Source: an uncultured Rhabdochlamydiaceae bacterium | Lineage (GTDB): Bacteria > Chlamydiota > Chlamydiia > Chlamydiales > Rhabdochlamydiaceae | Length of the DNA stretch: 64,000 nt | Assembly (NCBI GenBank): GCA_963712275.1 | Contig: CAVQHD010000001.1 | Span: forward strand, 1,472,001 to 1,536,000 | Direction of reading: 5' to 3' | In this document: positions 31,198 to 40,493 of the stretch, piece after piece | Position numbering within the stretch: the first letter of the stretch is position 1 | How the letters are laid out: every line of letters starts with the position of its first letter | The notes under the pieces: generated by a model | Databases searched by the model: none | The model's input: the letters and a program-made list of their open reading frames with translations, nothing else | What the model was told of the DNA's origin: nothing | Made by a program: the position numbers and the translations under genes

Positions 31198-31369
31198 AGA
31201 AGTTGTTTTAAAACTCAGTTTCTGTCGATTTTTGGGGCTTTTTGAGCCAATTTTCGCTTTATTTGGTGGGGGTTATATCAACTTTCGTATATTACCCCCA
31301 CCAAATAAAGCGAAAATTAGCCAAAAATCCTCCAAAAAGCGATGAAACCTGAGTTTTAAGACAGCTTCT
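31198..31369. repeat. ~170-bp palindromic MITE/REP-like element
   Basis: Outer arms agaagttgttttaaaactcag / ctgagttttaagacagcttct; inner perfect 24-bp aattttcgctttatttggtggggg / cccccaccaaataaagcgaaaatt. Confidence 0.85.
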
Positions 31370-31391
31370 TAGAGATTAACCAGGAGTTTTT

Positions 31392-31649
31392 ATGCAGATT
31401 CAGCCCATAGAACTTTTCTCTCGATGCCAAGCAGCTTTTATACAGAAAAGCAAACTTGAAACAAAAATCTATACATTAAGCTGGTCCCTCTTAATAGCTG
31501 GAGGCTCTTACCTCTTAAGCTCTATCCAAGCGTTTCCCTTAAAGAATATTGAGCCGCATAAAACTGCAGCTGGGGTATGCATTGTATCATGGCTATTCTT
31601 GTCAACAATAGCTGGATATTATTTACAAGACCGCCCTAAACCTTCTTAG
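31392..31649 (+). CDS. small two-TM hypothetical protein
   Basis: aggag SD; two hydrophobic segments. Confidence 0.55.
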   Translation: MQIQPIELFSRCQAAFIQKSKLETKIYTLSWSLLIAGGSYLLSSIQAFPLKNIEPHKTAAGVCIVSWLFLSTIAGYYLQDRPKPS

Positions 31650-31660
31650 TATCAGAAAAA

Positions 31661-31975
31661 GTGGGTAAAGCAAAAGAAACAGACTACGAAGTGACGGAAG
31701 GTAATGTCTTTGCCGCTCTTGGCAGAGAAAACGCAGAAGCGTTATTGGCTAGATCCAAACTTTTAGATGAAGTTAGTTCGCTGATCAAAAAAAGCGGGCT
31801 TACTCAGCAAAAGATAGCAAAAAAGCTAGGAATAACTCAGTCTAAAGTCTCTATGTTAACCAGTGGTCATTTATCCGCTTTCAGCTCAGAAACTCTGATG
31901 CATTATCTTTCCATCCTTGGAAGATTTTTTAAAGCGTTAAAAGAGAAAGGTGATAGCTTTGAAAATAGTCTCTGA
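31661..31975 (+). CDS. XRE-family HTH protein (HigA-like antitoxin), no adjacent toxin
   Basis: GNVFA.LG, LTQ..IA.KLGITQS.VS.L..G....FS.E.L. Confidence 0.8.
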   Translation: MGKAKETDYEVTEGNVFAALGRENAEALLARSKLLDEVSSLIKKSGLTQQKIAKKLGITQSKVSMLTSGHLSAFSSETLMHYLSILGRFFKALKEKGDSFENSL

Positions 31976-32881
31976 GCCTGGAATACGATGAAAAAGATCA
32001 CGCCGTAAGATTATGATGTTTCCTGCTTTATGTTGTAAATCTTTTCCGTAGCCATTTAATCGTATGAGGATAGGCGGTACTGCAGAGGCGCACGAAGGGG
32101 GTTCAATAGAGACATAATACTGAGAGGCTTCCCAGAAGAACTTGCTAGATTGATTACGATGAACCCAGGAAGAATTTTCAAAACAATGGGTCGCATAATT
32201 ACAAATGGTTCTTGTACAAGAAGTTAGGTAATCATTCTTAGAAACATAGGAGTGATACGGAGGGATAAAAAATTCAAATTTAGCACGACCGGAGAACTTT
32301 TCTGGAAGGGCAATTTCATGAGGTGTGTCGACTGTGATCCAATGCGACCGCAAAAGGTTCGTAAGGGTACAAGCTTGAAGGAAAGCTGTTCCAAGGTGGA
32401 CAAGGCGATTAGGACAGAGAAAAGCAAGGGCGAGATTCGATACAAGACGGATGGCAGAAAAGTATTGCGTTATTGTCGCACGCGTGCTCCCCCACTCGAT
32501 TTTAAAATCGGCCCTTTGAGAAGAAGAGAAATTTTGCTTGAAGATTTCTGTTAAGTTAATTGTCGGCTTGAAATACCAATTCATCGATTGAGCTGCAAGG
32601 ATACTGATTGCAATAACAGTGGCGACTCCCACGAAAGGAGCTTGATACCATTTGATGTCTTGGTTGGACGATTTTTTTGCCCTATGTTCTAACATTTTAT
32701 AAAGTGCGTAAGATTCTAAAGCAACGAACCAGATGTCAATAGTAGGAGACGCGTTATACAGCGCGTTATAATAAATCTCGCGTCTTGTCGGTGACGTTGC
32801 CTGTAACAACGGAGAGCTTAGTAAAGAGGGCCTTGCTAAGAGATACGCGCGTAACCCGCTTAGGCCTATATACATTGTCAT
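31937..32881 (-). CDS. hypothetical membrane protein
   Basis: 314-aa ORF with agagg SD and hydrophobic segments. Confidence 0.6.
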   Translation of the reverse strand: MTMYIGLSGLRAYLLARPSLLSSPLLQATSPTRREIYYNALYNASPTIDIWFVALESYALYKMLEHRAKKSSNQDIKWYQAPFVGVATVIAISILAAQSMNWYFKPTINLTEIFKQNFSSSQRADFKIEWGSTRATITQYFSAIRLVSNLALAFLCPNRLVHLGTAFLQACTLTNLLRSHWITVDTPHEIALPEKFSGRAKFEFFIPPYHSYVSKNDYLTSCTRTICNYATHCFENSSWVHRNQSSKFFWEASQYYVSIEPPSCASAVPPILIRLNGYGKDLQHKAGNIIILRRDLFHRIPGSETIFKAITFLF

Positions 32882-32981
32882 TCTATAATCCTCTGAAAAA
32901 AGAATTGTAAGCTATTGTTTCTTAATTCTCGATCTCAAAAGAGATGGACAAATTAAAATTATCTTTTTATAGAGAGGAGAG

Positions 32982-33572
32982 ATGTCACTCATTAGCATTG
33001 CAACCTCTCTTTTTTTTGTGCTCAATTCACTTGGAAACGTGCCGTTTTTCGTGGGGATTTTAAGTGGATACCCGATAAGCCGGCAGCGAAGAATTATCAT
33101 ACGCGAGCTCTTGATTGGGCTCTTTATTCTTCTGCTTTTTAATTTTTTTGGAGAAGAGATTTTAGGAGTTTTAGGTATTGACCAATGCGTCATGGGGATT
33201 GCGGGTGGAACCCTTCTATTCTTGATTTCCATGACGATGATTTTTCCAAAGCCTAAAACACTCAAAGTTCCTCAAAAAGAGCCGTTTATTTTTCCGCTTG
33301 CAACCCCTGCCTTTGCAGGACCTGGCGCGATCACTACGGTGATGATCTATTCTCAACAAGTCAGTAACTTAGCATGGATGATGGTGCCGATTTTGATCGC
33401 CTGGGGCTGCTCTGCTGTGGTACTACTTGCCTCATCCAATCTTAAACTCTTTTTAGGGCAAAAAGGGCTTGCGGCTTGCGAAAAGCTTGGAGGGCTAGTG
33501 ATTTCACTCATCGCTGTGCAGATGTTCACAAGCGGCGTTATCCAGCTTATCCAAAGTAACCTGCACGCCTAA
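32982..33572 (+). CDS. MarC family membrane protein
   Basis: N.LGN.P.F, AGG.LLF, PLA.P..AGPGAI, E.LGG. Confidence 0.9.
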   Translation: MSLISIATSLFFVLNSLGNVPFFVGILSGYPISRQRRIIIRELLIGLFILLLFNFFGEEILGVLGIDQCVMGIAGGTLLFLISMTMIFPKPKTLKVPQKEPFIFPLATPAFAGPGAITTVMIYSQQVSNLAWMMVPILIAWGCSAVVLLASSNLKLFLGQKGLAACEKLGGLVISLIAVQMFTSGVIQLIQSNLHA

Positions 33573-34221
33573 GAGAGACATAAGAAGTTGCACCCACAAT
33601 AAGATGGTCTTCAAAATGGATTCCCATCACGCGGCTTGAGCGGATGAGGTGGCGGGTTATCTCAATATCGGCATGGGAAGGGGCAGGATCCCCAGAAGGG
33701 TGGTTGTGAGCCAAAATAATACTGCTGGCTTTATGACGCACCGCAGGGAAAAAGATTTCTCTTGGGTGGACCAAAACTTCAGATAATGTTCCCACTGACA
33801 CTTTTTCAATGGAAATGAGCCGCCCTCGAATATCTTTCAAAACAACTAAAAGGGCTTCTTGCTTTAAGGTTGCAAGCTCATTGCGGACGAGCTCGTACGC
33901 CTCGGAGGTATAGATTGGTTCAGAAAAGACAAACGATTCTTGAGAGGCTCTCTGCGCAAGGCTTAAAGCGGCCTTGAGCTGAACTGCTTTAGCTGGACCA
34001 ATGCCATCGATCTCCATAAGTTCTTCAACGGAGGCATGGATCAGCTCTTTAAGAGACCCAAAACGAGAAAGAAGCTGGGTTGCAAGATCAAAAACAGGTG
34101 TTTTTTGCGTTCCAGTGGAGAGAATAATAGCCAGAAGCTCGACAATGGAGAGCGATTCTGCTCCATGGGAGCGAAGCCTTTCACGGGGCCTTTCTGCTAA
34201 GGGAAGCTGTCTTATATTCAT
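33547..34221 (-). CDS. radC: RadC (JAB domain) protein
   Basis: ERPRERL, GIG.AKA HhH, VHPRE, AHNHPSGD..PS..D, DH. Confidence 0.95.
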   Translation of the reverse strand: MNIRQLPLAERPRERLRSHGAESLSIVELLAIILSTGTQKTPVFDLATQLLSRFGSLKELIHASVEELMEIDGIGPAKAVQLKAALSLAQRASQESFVFSEPIYTSEAYELVRNELATLKQEALLVVLKDIRGRLISIEKVSVGTLSEVLVHPREIFFPAVRHKASSIILAHNHPSGDPAPSHADIEITRHLIRSSRVMGIHFEDHLIVGATSYVSLRRAGYFG

Positions 34222-34230
34222 CCGGTAACG

Positions 34231-35478
34231 ACAGCGCGGAAACCCAGTCCTTTAGGACTGGGAGGAAGCGCTGCTCCTCTTTTTAAAGTTGAAAATAAAA
34301 TAAATTCTAAAGATAATTTTTGTCCATGAAGCGAACGATCAGCATCCGATTGGACACAACCCTTGAGCAGGGTGAAAAACTTTTGCAGTTGCAGGAGGCC
34401 TATTTTTCGACCTGCAACCAAATTGCTGCTATTGCTCGAGAAAATCGGTGCTGGAATCGATATGCTCTCCATACCCTCGTCTATTCTAAGGTTCGAAAAA
34501 GCTCGCCTCTGGGATCGCAAATGGTCTGCAATGCCATCTTTTCTGTCTGTAAAGCTTATCAAGCTAAGGGAATTCTTCCGAAGGAAGAAGTTCCTTTGAT
34601 TATCTTTCGCCAAGGAAGAAGCACCCATTTTGATAAACGGACTTATACAATCAAGGGTGAGACCATTTCTCTTTATACACTTGGAAAAAGAATCCAGGTT
34701 AAGATGCGATTTGGCCCCTTTCAAAAAGAGTGCTTTTTGAAAGGCATCCCAAAAGAGGGCGAGCTGATCTGTAAAAAGGGAAAATGGTATTTTAACCTTG
34801 TTTTGGATCTTCCCGATCCACCCCTTGAGGAGAGTAAAGATCTTCTGGGAGTGGATTTGGGGGAGAATAACGTTTTTGCAACCAGCAGTGGAAAGATTTT
34901 TAGCGGAGGCAAGATCCGCCATCAGAGAAATCAATTTCTTGCAAAACGGCGTGTCCTTCAGTCCAACGGTTCTCCATCGGCAAGACAATTGCTGAAGAAA
35001 ATCTCTGGCAAAGAAGGGCGCCGTATGAGACATACCAACCATGAACTCAGTAAAGAGATCGTTCAAGAAGCGATAAACCAAAAGGCAGGAATGATTGTAC
35101 TTGAAGACTTGACTAACATCCGCAAGCGGATCCAAGGAGGAAAAAGACTCCGGACCCGGTTGCACCGGTGGAGCTTTCGTCAGCTCCAGATGTTTATCCA
35201 ATACAAAGCCGAGGCAAGAGGCCTCTCTATCTTGTATGTCAATCCAGCCTATAGTAGTCAAGAATGCTCCGTTTGTGGTTGTTTAGGTGTCCGCTCAAGA
35301 CACCTTTTTACATGTTTGTGTGGAAACCAGCAGCACGCCGACTGGAATGCCAGTCGAAATCTCTGCAGGTTTGCCTTAGGTACCCCTCAGGCAACGTGCG
35401 CCGTAAACCGCACGCAGGTGGCAGTTCTTGCTTAAGAGCTGACCATAAAGCTTCTGACTTTAGGTAGGAGTTGTTTAC
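34231..35478 (+). mobile_element. IS200/IS605-group (IS1341-type, tnpB-only) element
   Basis: Left hairpin cccagtcct-tt-aggactggg (34243-34262); related right-end hairpin 35451-35470; excision restores the hflX-radC junction; no tnpA. Confidence 0.8.
34326..35435 (+). CDS. tnpB: RNA-guided endonuclease TnpB (intact RuvC)
   Basis: GVDLG, VLEDL, CSVC...CLCG Zn finger, ADWNA. Confidence 0.92.
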   Translation: MKRTISIRLDTTLEQGEKLLQLQEAYFSTCNQIAAIARENRCWNRYALHTLVYSKVRKSSPLGSQMVCNAIFSVCKAYQAKGILPKEEVPLIIFRQGRSTHFDKRTYTIKGETISLYTLGKRIQVKMRFGPFQKECFLKGIPKEGELICKKGKWYFNLVLDLPDPPLEESKDLLGVDLGENNVFATSSGKIFSGGKIRHQRNQFLAKRRVLQSNGSPSARQLLKKISGKEGRRMRHTNHELSKEIVQEAINQKAGMIVLEDLTNIRKRIQGGKRLRTRLHRWSFRQLQMFIQYKAEARGLSILYVNPAYSSQECSVCGCLGVRSRHLFTCLCGNQQHADWNASRNLCRFALGTPQATCAVNRTQVAVLA

Positions 35479-36758
35479 ACTTGAAATGCCTTGGTTTTAT
35501 GTTCAAGCTGTCCGGAAATTTCAACCTCGAGTAAAATGTCATTTTCTTCATAGAGGCATTCGACTACTTTCCCTTCGTTCATGAGCTCGCTCACAAGGGC
35601 ATAGTGACTTTGGGGGATGCGAAGTTTGACTCTTTTTCGAAGTGACTGAATTTCCTTTTCCATGTGCTCTAAAAGGAGATCGAATCCTTGGTGTGTTAAA
35701 GCAGAGATTTGCACTGTTTTGGGGTACTTGATGCGGAGTTTATGCAAGATTGATGGGCTGAAGCAGGCGTCGACTTTGTTCAAGAGAGTGATGATCGGAC
35801 GGCTTGCTGCTCCCAGCTCTTTTAAAACCAGCATCGCTGCCTCTGCCTGAAGCTCAGCCATGGGATGGCTGCAATCGATGAGGTGGAGCAAAATATCGGT
35901 ATGAAGCGCTTCTTCGAGCGTACTTTTGAAAGCGGCAACAAGGGTGTGGGGAATTTTTCGGATAAACCCTACCGTGTCGACAAGAACAACCTCTTGCCGG
36001 TTGGGCAAAGTGTATTTTCGGGTCGTGGTATCAAGGGTTGCAAAGAGCTTATCTTCCACCAGAACATGCGACTGGGTGAGAGCATTGAGAAGGGTCGATT
36101 TGCCGGCATTTGTATAACCGACAATTGCAAAGGACGGGATAGCTGACCGGAGCCGTTTCTGTCTCTGCGTCTCCCGCTGCTTTTGCACTGCTTGAATCTC
36201 CTCTTGCAGCTGCTGGATACGCTTGCGGAGCATTCTTCGATCGAGCTCAATTTGAAGCTCGCCGGCCCCTCTTAAGTAAGCTCCGGCTCCTCCACCACCA
36301 GCACTTTGACGCGACAAGTGGGTCCAAAGCCGTTTGAGCCTTGGGAGTTGGTATTGGACTTTTGCAAGCTCGACTTGGAGTCTCGCCTCGCGTGTTTGGG
36401 CTCTCTGGGCAAACACTTCGATAATGAGCTCTGTTCGATCGATGACGGGCCTTTGGAAAAATTTTTCGAGGTTTCGTTGCTGATTCGGGGTGATTTCATC
36501 GTCAAAAATAACAATATCAGCCCCTTTTTCTTGAACTTCTATCAGGAGCTCATCTAGCTTTCCCGATCCTAAAAAGGTGGCCCCATCCGGTTTTTTGACA
36601 GAGCAAGGAATCTCTTGAATGGCTGCAAGTCCATATGTATCGCATAGACGTTTGAGTTCTTTTAAATAATCGACACAGGCTTCTTTATCTTTTCCCGACT
36701 CATACGTGCCGATCAGTAAAGCGGTTTTTGCATGCTTAAAACTATTCTCTGTCAGCAT
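35475..36758 (-). CDS. hflX: GTPase HflX
   Basis: GYTNAGKSTL, KLFATLD, DTVGFI, NKVD, ISA. Confidence 0.96.
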   Translation of the reverse strand: MLTENSFKHAKTALLIGTYESGKDKEACVDYLKELKRLCDTYGLAAIQEIPCSVKKPDGATFLGSGKLDELLIEVQEKGADIVIFDDEITPNQQRNLEKFFQRPVIDRTELIIEVFAQRAQTREARLQVELAKVQYQLPRLKRLWTHLSRQSAGGGGAGAYLRGAGELQIELDRRMLRKRIQQLQEEIQAVQKQRETQRQKRLRSAIPSFAIVGYTNAGKSTLLNALTQSHVLVEDKLFATLDTTTRKYTLPNRQEVVLVDTVGFIRKIPHTLVAAFKSTLEEALHTDILLHLIDCSHPMAELQAEAAMLVLKELGAASRPIITLLNKVDACFSPSILHKLRIKYPKTVQISALTHQGFDLLLEHMEKEIQSLRKRVKLRIPQSHYALVSELMNEGKVVECLYEENDILLEVEISGQLEHKTKAFQV

Positions 36759-37537
36759 GAAACTCCAATTTCCAAGCCGTCATAGGCAAGCGCTGCGCCA
36801 AAAGAGGCGAGCTTATGGTTTGTTTCCTCATGGTCTATTTCATGAGAGACATGAGAAAACCAAGTTTTCTTAGCACCCACCTTATTTGCAAAGTCAAGCG
36901 CCTCCTCAATAGTCAAGTGCGCAGGAGATGAACGGTATCTTAACCCGCTGAGGACAAGAACTTCAACTCCTTTCAACCCTTTAAAGAGGTTTGAAGAGTA
37001 GTTTTTAAGATCCGTTACATAGGCAAAGTTGCCCACCCGATACCCCGTGACCTGCATTTGATTTTGCTCATAAGAGACAATATGCCATCTCAAGCCGCAG
37101 AAATCGACCTGACCAAAGTCGTTTTCAATACATTGAAATTCAAATCGAGGCCCTCCCATTACATCGTCGGAAGACTTTTTAAAAAAATAGGGTGTTCTCA
37201 GCTGGATTTCTTTTAAAGTTGAGGAAGAAAGCAGGCATGGAAGCATCTGATGTTTAAGATAGAAGAACACGCGCAGATCATCCAGCCCTCCAATATGGTC
37301 GTAATGGCCATGCGTTAACACGACTGCATCTAACCGCTCAATTCCGTAGGTGAGCGCCTGCTCCCGAAAATCAGGGCCTGCATCAAACAAAATCTGTTTT
37401 CCCCCGATCTTTAGCAGGCCTGCAGGGCGCAGCCGATGGTTCCGCCGGTCTTGCGATTTACAAACCTTGCATTGGCATGTCACCACTGGCGTTCCCATCG
37501 AGGCTCCTGTCCCAAGAAAAAGAAAGACTCCCTGCAT
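36752..37537 (-). CDS. MBL-fold metallo-hydrolase (PhnP-like)
   Basis: FLGTG...P..C.C..C, THGHYDH; likely start MQGVF. Confidence 0.9.
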   Translation of the reverse strand: MQGVFLFLGTGASMGTPVVTCQCKVCKSQDRRNHRLRPAGLLKIGGKQILFDAGPDFREQALTYGIERLDAVVLTHGHYDHIGGLDDLRVFFYLKHQMLPCLLSSSTLKEIQLRTPYFFKKSSDDVMGGPRFEFQCIENDFGQVDFCGLRWHIVSYEQNQMQVTGYRVGNFAYVTDLKNYSSNLFKGLKGVEVLVLSGLRYRSSPAHLTIEEALDFANKVGAKKTWFSHVSHEIDHEETNHKLASFGAALAYDGLEIGVSC

Positions 37538-38244
37538 TAAGACCTCGTCGATCTTGGAGGAAGCACCTGCACTCTTCCCTCCAAGGTTTTTTCTTGAGAA
37601 GAGGGGTGGTTCTTGAAGCAATGGGAGACTTTAGCAATGGGCGATTTGGGCAGTTTTAAAATCTGACGATTTTTAAGGGAAGGCTGTTTCATTAAAAATG
37701 ATTATAACCTAAATGTCTTCAGCAAAGCAACCACGTCTCGATCTTCAACCTGAGAAAAAATGTCGTAAGACATTGAAATGCTCCTCAAGTCCTCGACTTC
37801 AAGACAGACCACTTCATCAGCGATGCCTTTTAATAATTGAATCACAGAAGAGGCGCCTACAGGAGTTGCAATGACCACTCGATGGGGGTGCTCTTTCCGA
37901 ACGGCCTTAATGACTGCAAGCATCGTAGCTCCTGTGGCAATTCCATCATCGACTAGAATCGCCGTCTGATTGTGCATGGAAAGCCTTGGCGTATATCTTG
38001 CATAAAGAGCCTCTCTTTCAGCAGCTTTTGCCCGCTCTTTTTCAATCTCGTGCTCAAGATACTCTTTTGAAACTCTAAGCTCTTGTATAAGCGCCTCATT
38101 AAAAAAACCATCCCCCGTTGCCATCACAGCGCCTAAAGCAAGCTCTAGGTCATGAGGAGTTCCCACTTTGCGGGGTTGGCAGCAGTTGAAGAAAATATAG
38201 ATATTTCTTGATAAATCTATACAAAATGTATAGAATTCATTCCC

Positions 38245-38704
38245 ATGAAAGTAAACATTGGGACAGCAGCAAAATATTTCGGCGTTTCACAAGAAACACT
38301 TCGCAGATGGGAAAAATCAGGCCAGATTATTGTTGAAAGGACGCCTAAAGGCCATCGTCGTTTTGATCTTTCCAGGCATGCGTCCGCACAGTCTAAGAAA
38401 TTGAATTCAAAGAAACATACTCTCGGCTATGCACGAGTCTCCAGCCATGATCAGAAAGATGATCTAATCAGGCAAACCCAAGTCATAGAAAACTTCTGTA
38501 CAGCTAATAGATGGATTCATGAGGTCGTTCAAGATCTTGGTTCAGGCCTCAATTTTCAGAAACGAGGTTTAAAGAAGTTGATGCAAAGCATCTGTTCTGA
38601 GAAAATCGATCATCGCCGTATTTTCTGCAAGGCTTTATGGAGCCAGATCCAGAAAGAACCAAAAACTTTTACAAGCTTTAAAACAAGCGACTGAAAATGT
38701 CTGA
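38245..38704 (+). pseudogene. tnpA: IS607 TnpA, internally deleted and frameshifted
   Basis: MerR-like HTH + YARVSS; after KID the frame shifts; true C-terminus IIAVFSARLYGARSRKN is in another frame; DRL.RFG segment missing. Confidence 0.8.
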
Positions 38705-40271
38705 TACTGCTCCCAGAACTTATCAAACCCGTATTCTCGATGGCTTCGACAAGCCATTATCTGCCTATGCATTGCTTATGAGCCATGTTGAGCGCTGTTT
38801 ATTTGCAGACATTGCAGCCGGTAAGATTGCTGGAGATCTCAAATCATTTTACCTCACCCATTTTCGTATCACTGCCCGCCAATTCAATGCAGCCCGTGTC
38901 CAGCTCGAAGGTAAAATCGACTCTATTCTCCGATTGCAATCCCAGCGCATTGAAACTAAAAAGCACCAAATTGCAGCTCTTGAAGAGACCCTTGCCCGTC
39001 TTAAAAATAAAAAGATTCTCCATCAAAAAAAGCGGCGCCTTGCCAAACTCAAAGATCAGCTCAAAAAACTCGAAACAGCTCAAAAAAATAAAGATATTTC
39101 TCTTTGCTTTGGCGGGAAAAAACTGTTTCGAGCTCAATTTGATTTAGAAGCTAATGGCTATGCAACGCATGAAGACTGGAAAAACGGTTGGAGACAAACC
39201 AGGAATTCTGAAATTTTCATCCTTGGATCTAAAGATGAAACTTCCGGCAATCAAAGCTGTACGGCTTTGATTGGACAAGGTGATTCCATTCATTTACGTG
39301 TAAGGCTGCCCGATGCATTGGCTTTTCAATTCGGCAAATATCTCCAAATCCCCAACATCCGCTTTGCCTATGGCCATGATGTGATTGTAGCAGCCATTCG
39401 CGACTGTTATCTAAGGCAACAGCTTCTCAATGATCCTGCTTATAAAAATCATGGCCAAGCGATCACCTTCCGTTTTAAAAAAGATGCCAAAGGGTGGCGT
39501 ATTTTCGCTAGTATAGGCATCCAGATTTCTCAACCTACGACTCTTAAAGAAAATGGCGTCGTTGCCGTTGATATTAATCGTGATCATCTAGCGGTTGTAG
39601 AAACCGATCGATTCGGGAATACCCTTCATACATTCAATATCCCTCTTCCCCTTCATCATACCTCTAAAGGCCAGGCCCAAGCTCTCATTGGCAATGCCTC
39701 GGCCCAAATCATTGCCCTTTGTGAAAAGACACAAAAACCCCTCGTCCTTGAAAACCTCGACTTTAAGAAAAAGAAAGCCCAACTTAGAGAAAAAGATCCC
39801 TCCTATTCTCGCATGCTCTCTGCTTTTGCCTACGCATCAATCATCACTCATCTTAAAAGCCGAGGGGCCTCAAAAAGAGTCGCCGTTTATAGCGTCAACC
39901 CTGCTTTTACTTCGCTCATCGGGCGAGTCAAGTTTGCAAAGCGTTATGGCTTAACAATTCATATGGCGGCCGCACTTTGCATTGGCCGCAGATTTTTAGG
40001 AGTTTCTGAAAGAATGCCCCAAGGCCAAAGGGAGATTCCCGACGGAAAAGGGGGCCATGTCACCCTTGATCTACCTGCAAGGAATCGATCTCGGCATGTA
40101 TGGCGCCAATGGGGGCAGCTCAATAAGAAACTTTCAGCGGCGCTTACAGCGCATTTTCGGGCGGTACATACCGATCCTAGAGTCCCCCAAACGACTCCTG
40201 TGACAGCAATGCTCTCGAATCTTGCCGGCGAGACTCTGGCACGCGAATCGTCAACTCGACTGCTCTGTTGA
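38697..40271 (+). CDS. tnpB: IS607-associated TnpB-like protein (long, no Zn finger)
   Basis: VAVDIN, VLENLDF, VNPAFTS; H..AA..IGRR in place of the third RuvC Asp. Confidence 0.85.
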   Translation: MSDTAPRTYQTRILDGFDKPLSAYALLMSHVERCLFADIAAGKIAGDLKSFYLTHFRITARQFNAARVQLEGKIDSILRLQSQRIETKKHQIAALEETLARLKNKKILHQKKRRLAKLKDQLKKLETAQKNKDISLCFGGKKLFRAQFDLEANGYATHEDWKNGWRQTRNSEIFILGSKDETSGNQSCTALIGQGDSIHLRVRLPDALAFQFGKYLQIPNIRFAYGHDVIVAAIRDCYLRQQLLNDPAYKNHGQAITFRFKKDAKGWRIFASIGIQISQPTTLKENGVVAVDINRDHLAVVETDRFGNTLHTFNIPLPLHHTSKGQAQALIGNASAQIIALCEKTQKPLVLENLDFKKKKAQLREKDPSYSRMLSAFAYASIITHLKSRGASKRVAVYSVNPAFTSLIGRVKFAKRYGLTIHMAAALCIGRRFLGVSERMPQGQREIPDGKGGHVTLDLPARNRSRHVWRQWGQLNKKLSAALTAHFRAVHTDPRVPQTTPVTAMLSNLAGETLARESSTRLLC

Positions 40272-40493
40272 CGTGTCCGGCTTGTCTATGCGTTTGTATA
40301 GATTTGCCTAGATTTTTTTGAGCGGTACTGCAACATTGAGCGGGATGGAAAGCGCTTTTGCCACCTCTGCCGCAACTACTACCCCGCCCCTAGCAAGCCC
40401 CAAGACCACACAGTTCTTCTGGCGCTCGTAATGGAGAAGTGCGCCGGCTAGTTTTTTGCCTGCTTCTTGCCGATCTTTAAACATATATAAAAT

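Larger units (their letters stand above)
38176..40325 (+). mobile_element. IS607-family element (tnpA serine recombinase + tnpB)
   Basis: GG at both junctions (gcgggg|ttggc...gagcgg|tac), no TSD; short tatag/ctata motifs near both ends. Confidence 0.85.
37702..40484 (-). pseudogene. phosphoribosyltransferase gene split by IS607
   Basis: 5' part 40326-40484 (MFKDRQEAGKKLA...GLARGGV...NVAV) joins in frame to the 3' part (PRKVGTP...VDDGIATG). Confidence 0.88.

Noticed and set aside
31124..31345. 73-aa ORF across the palindrome
   Set aside because: Artefact of the foldback repeat; no SD or protein-like features
33547..34221. radC as a mobile-element marker
   Set aside because: Full-length chromosomal type with N-terminal HhH region, originally coupled to hflX
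34218..35261. 347-aa ORF antisense to tnpB
   Set aside because: Shadow frame with no recognisable motifs; its last codons (VVTG*) are simply the orphaned 3' end of hflX
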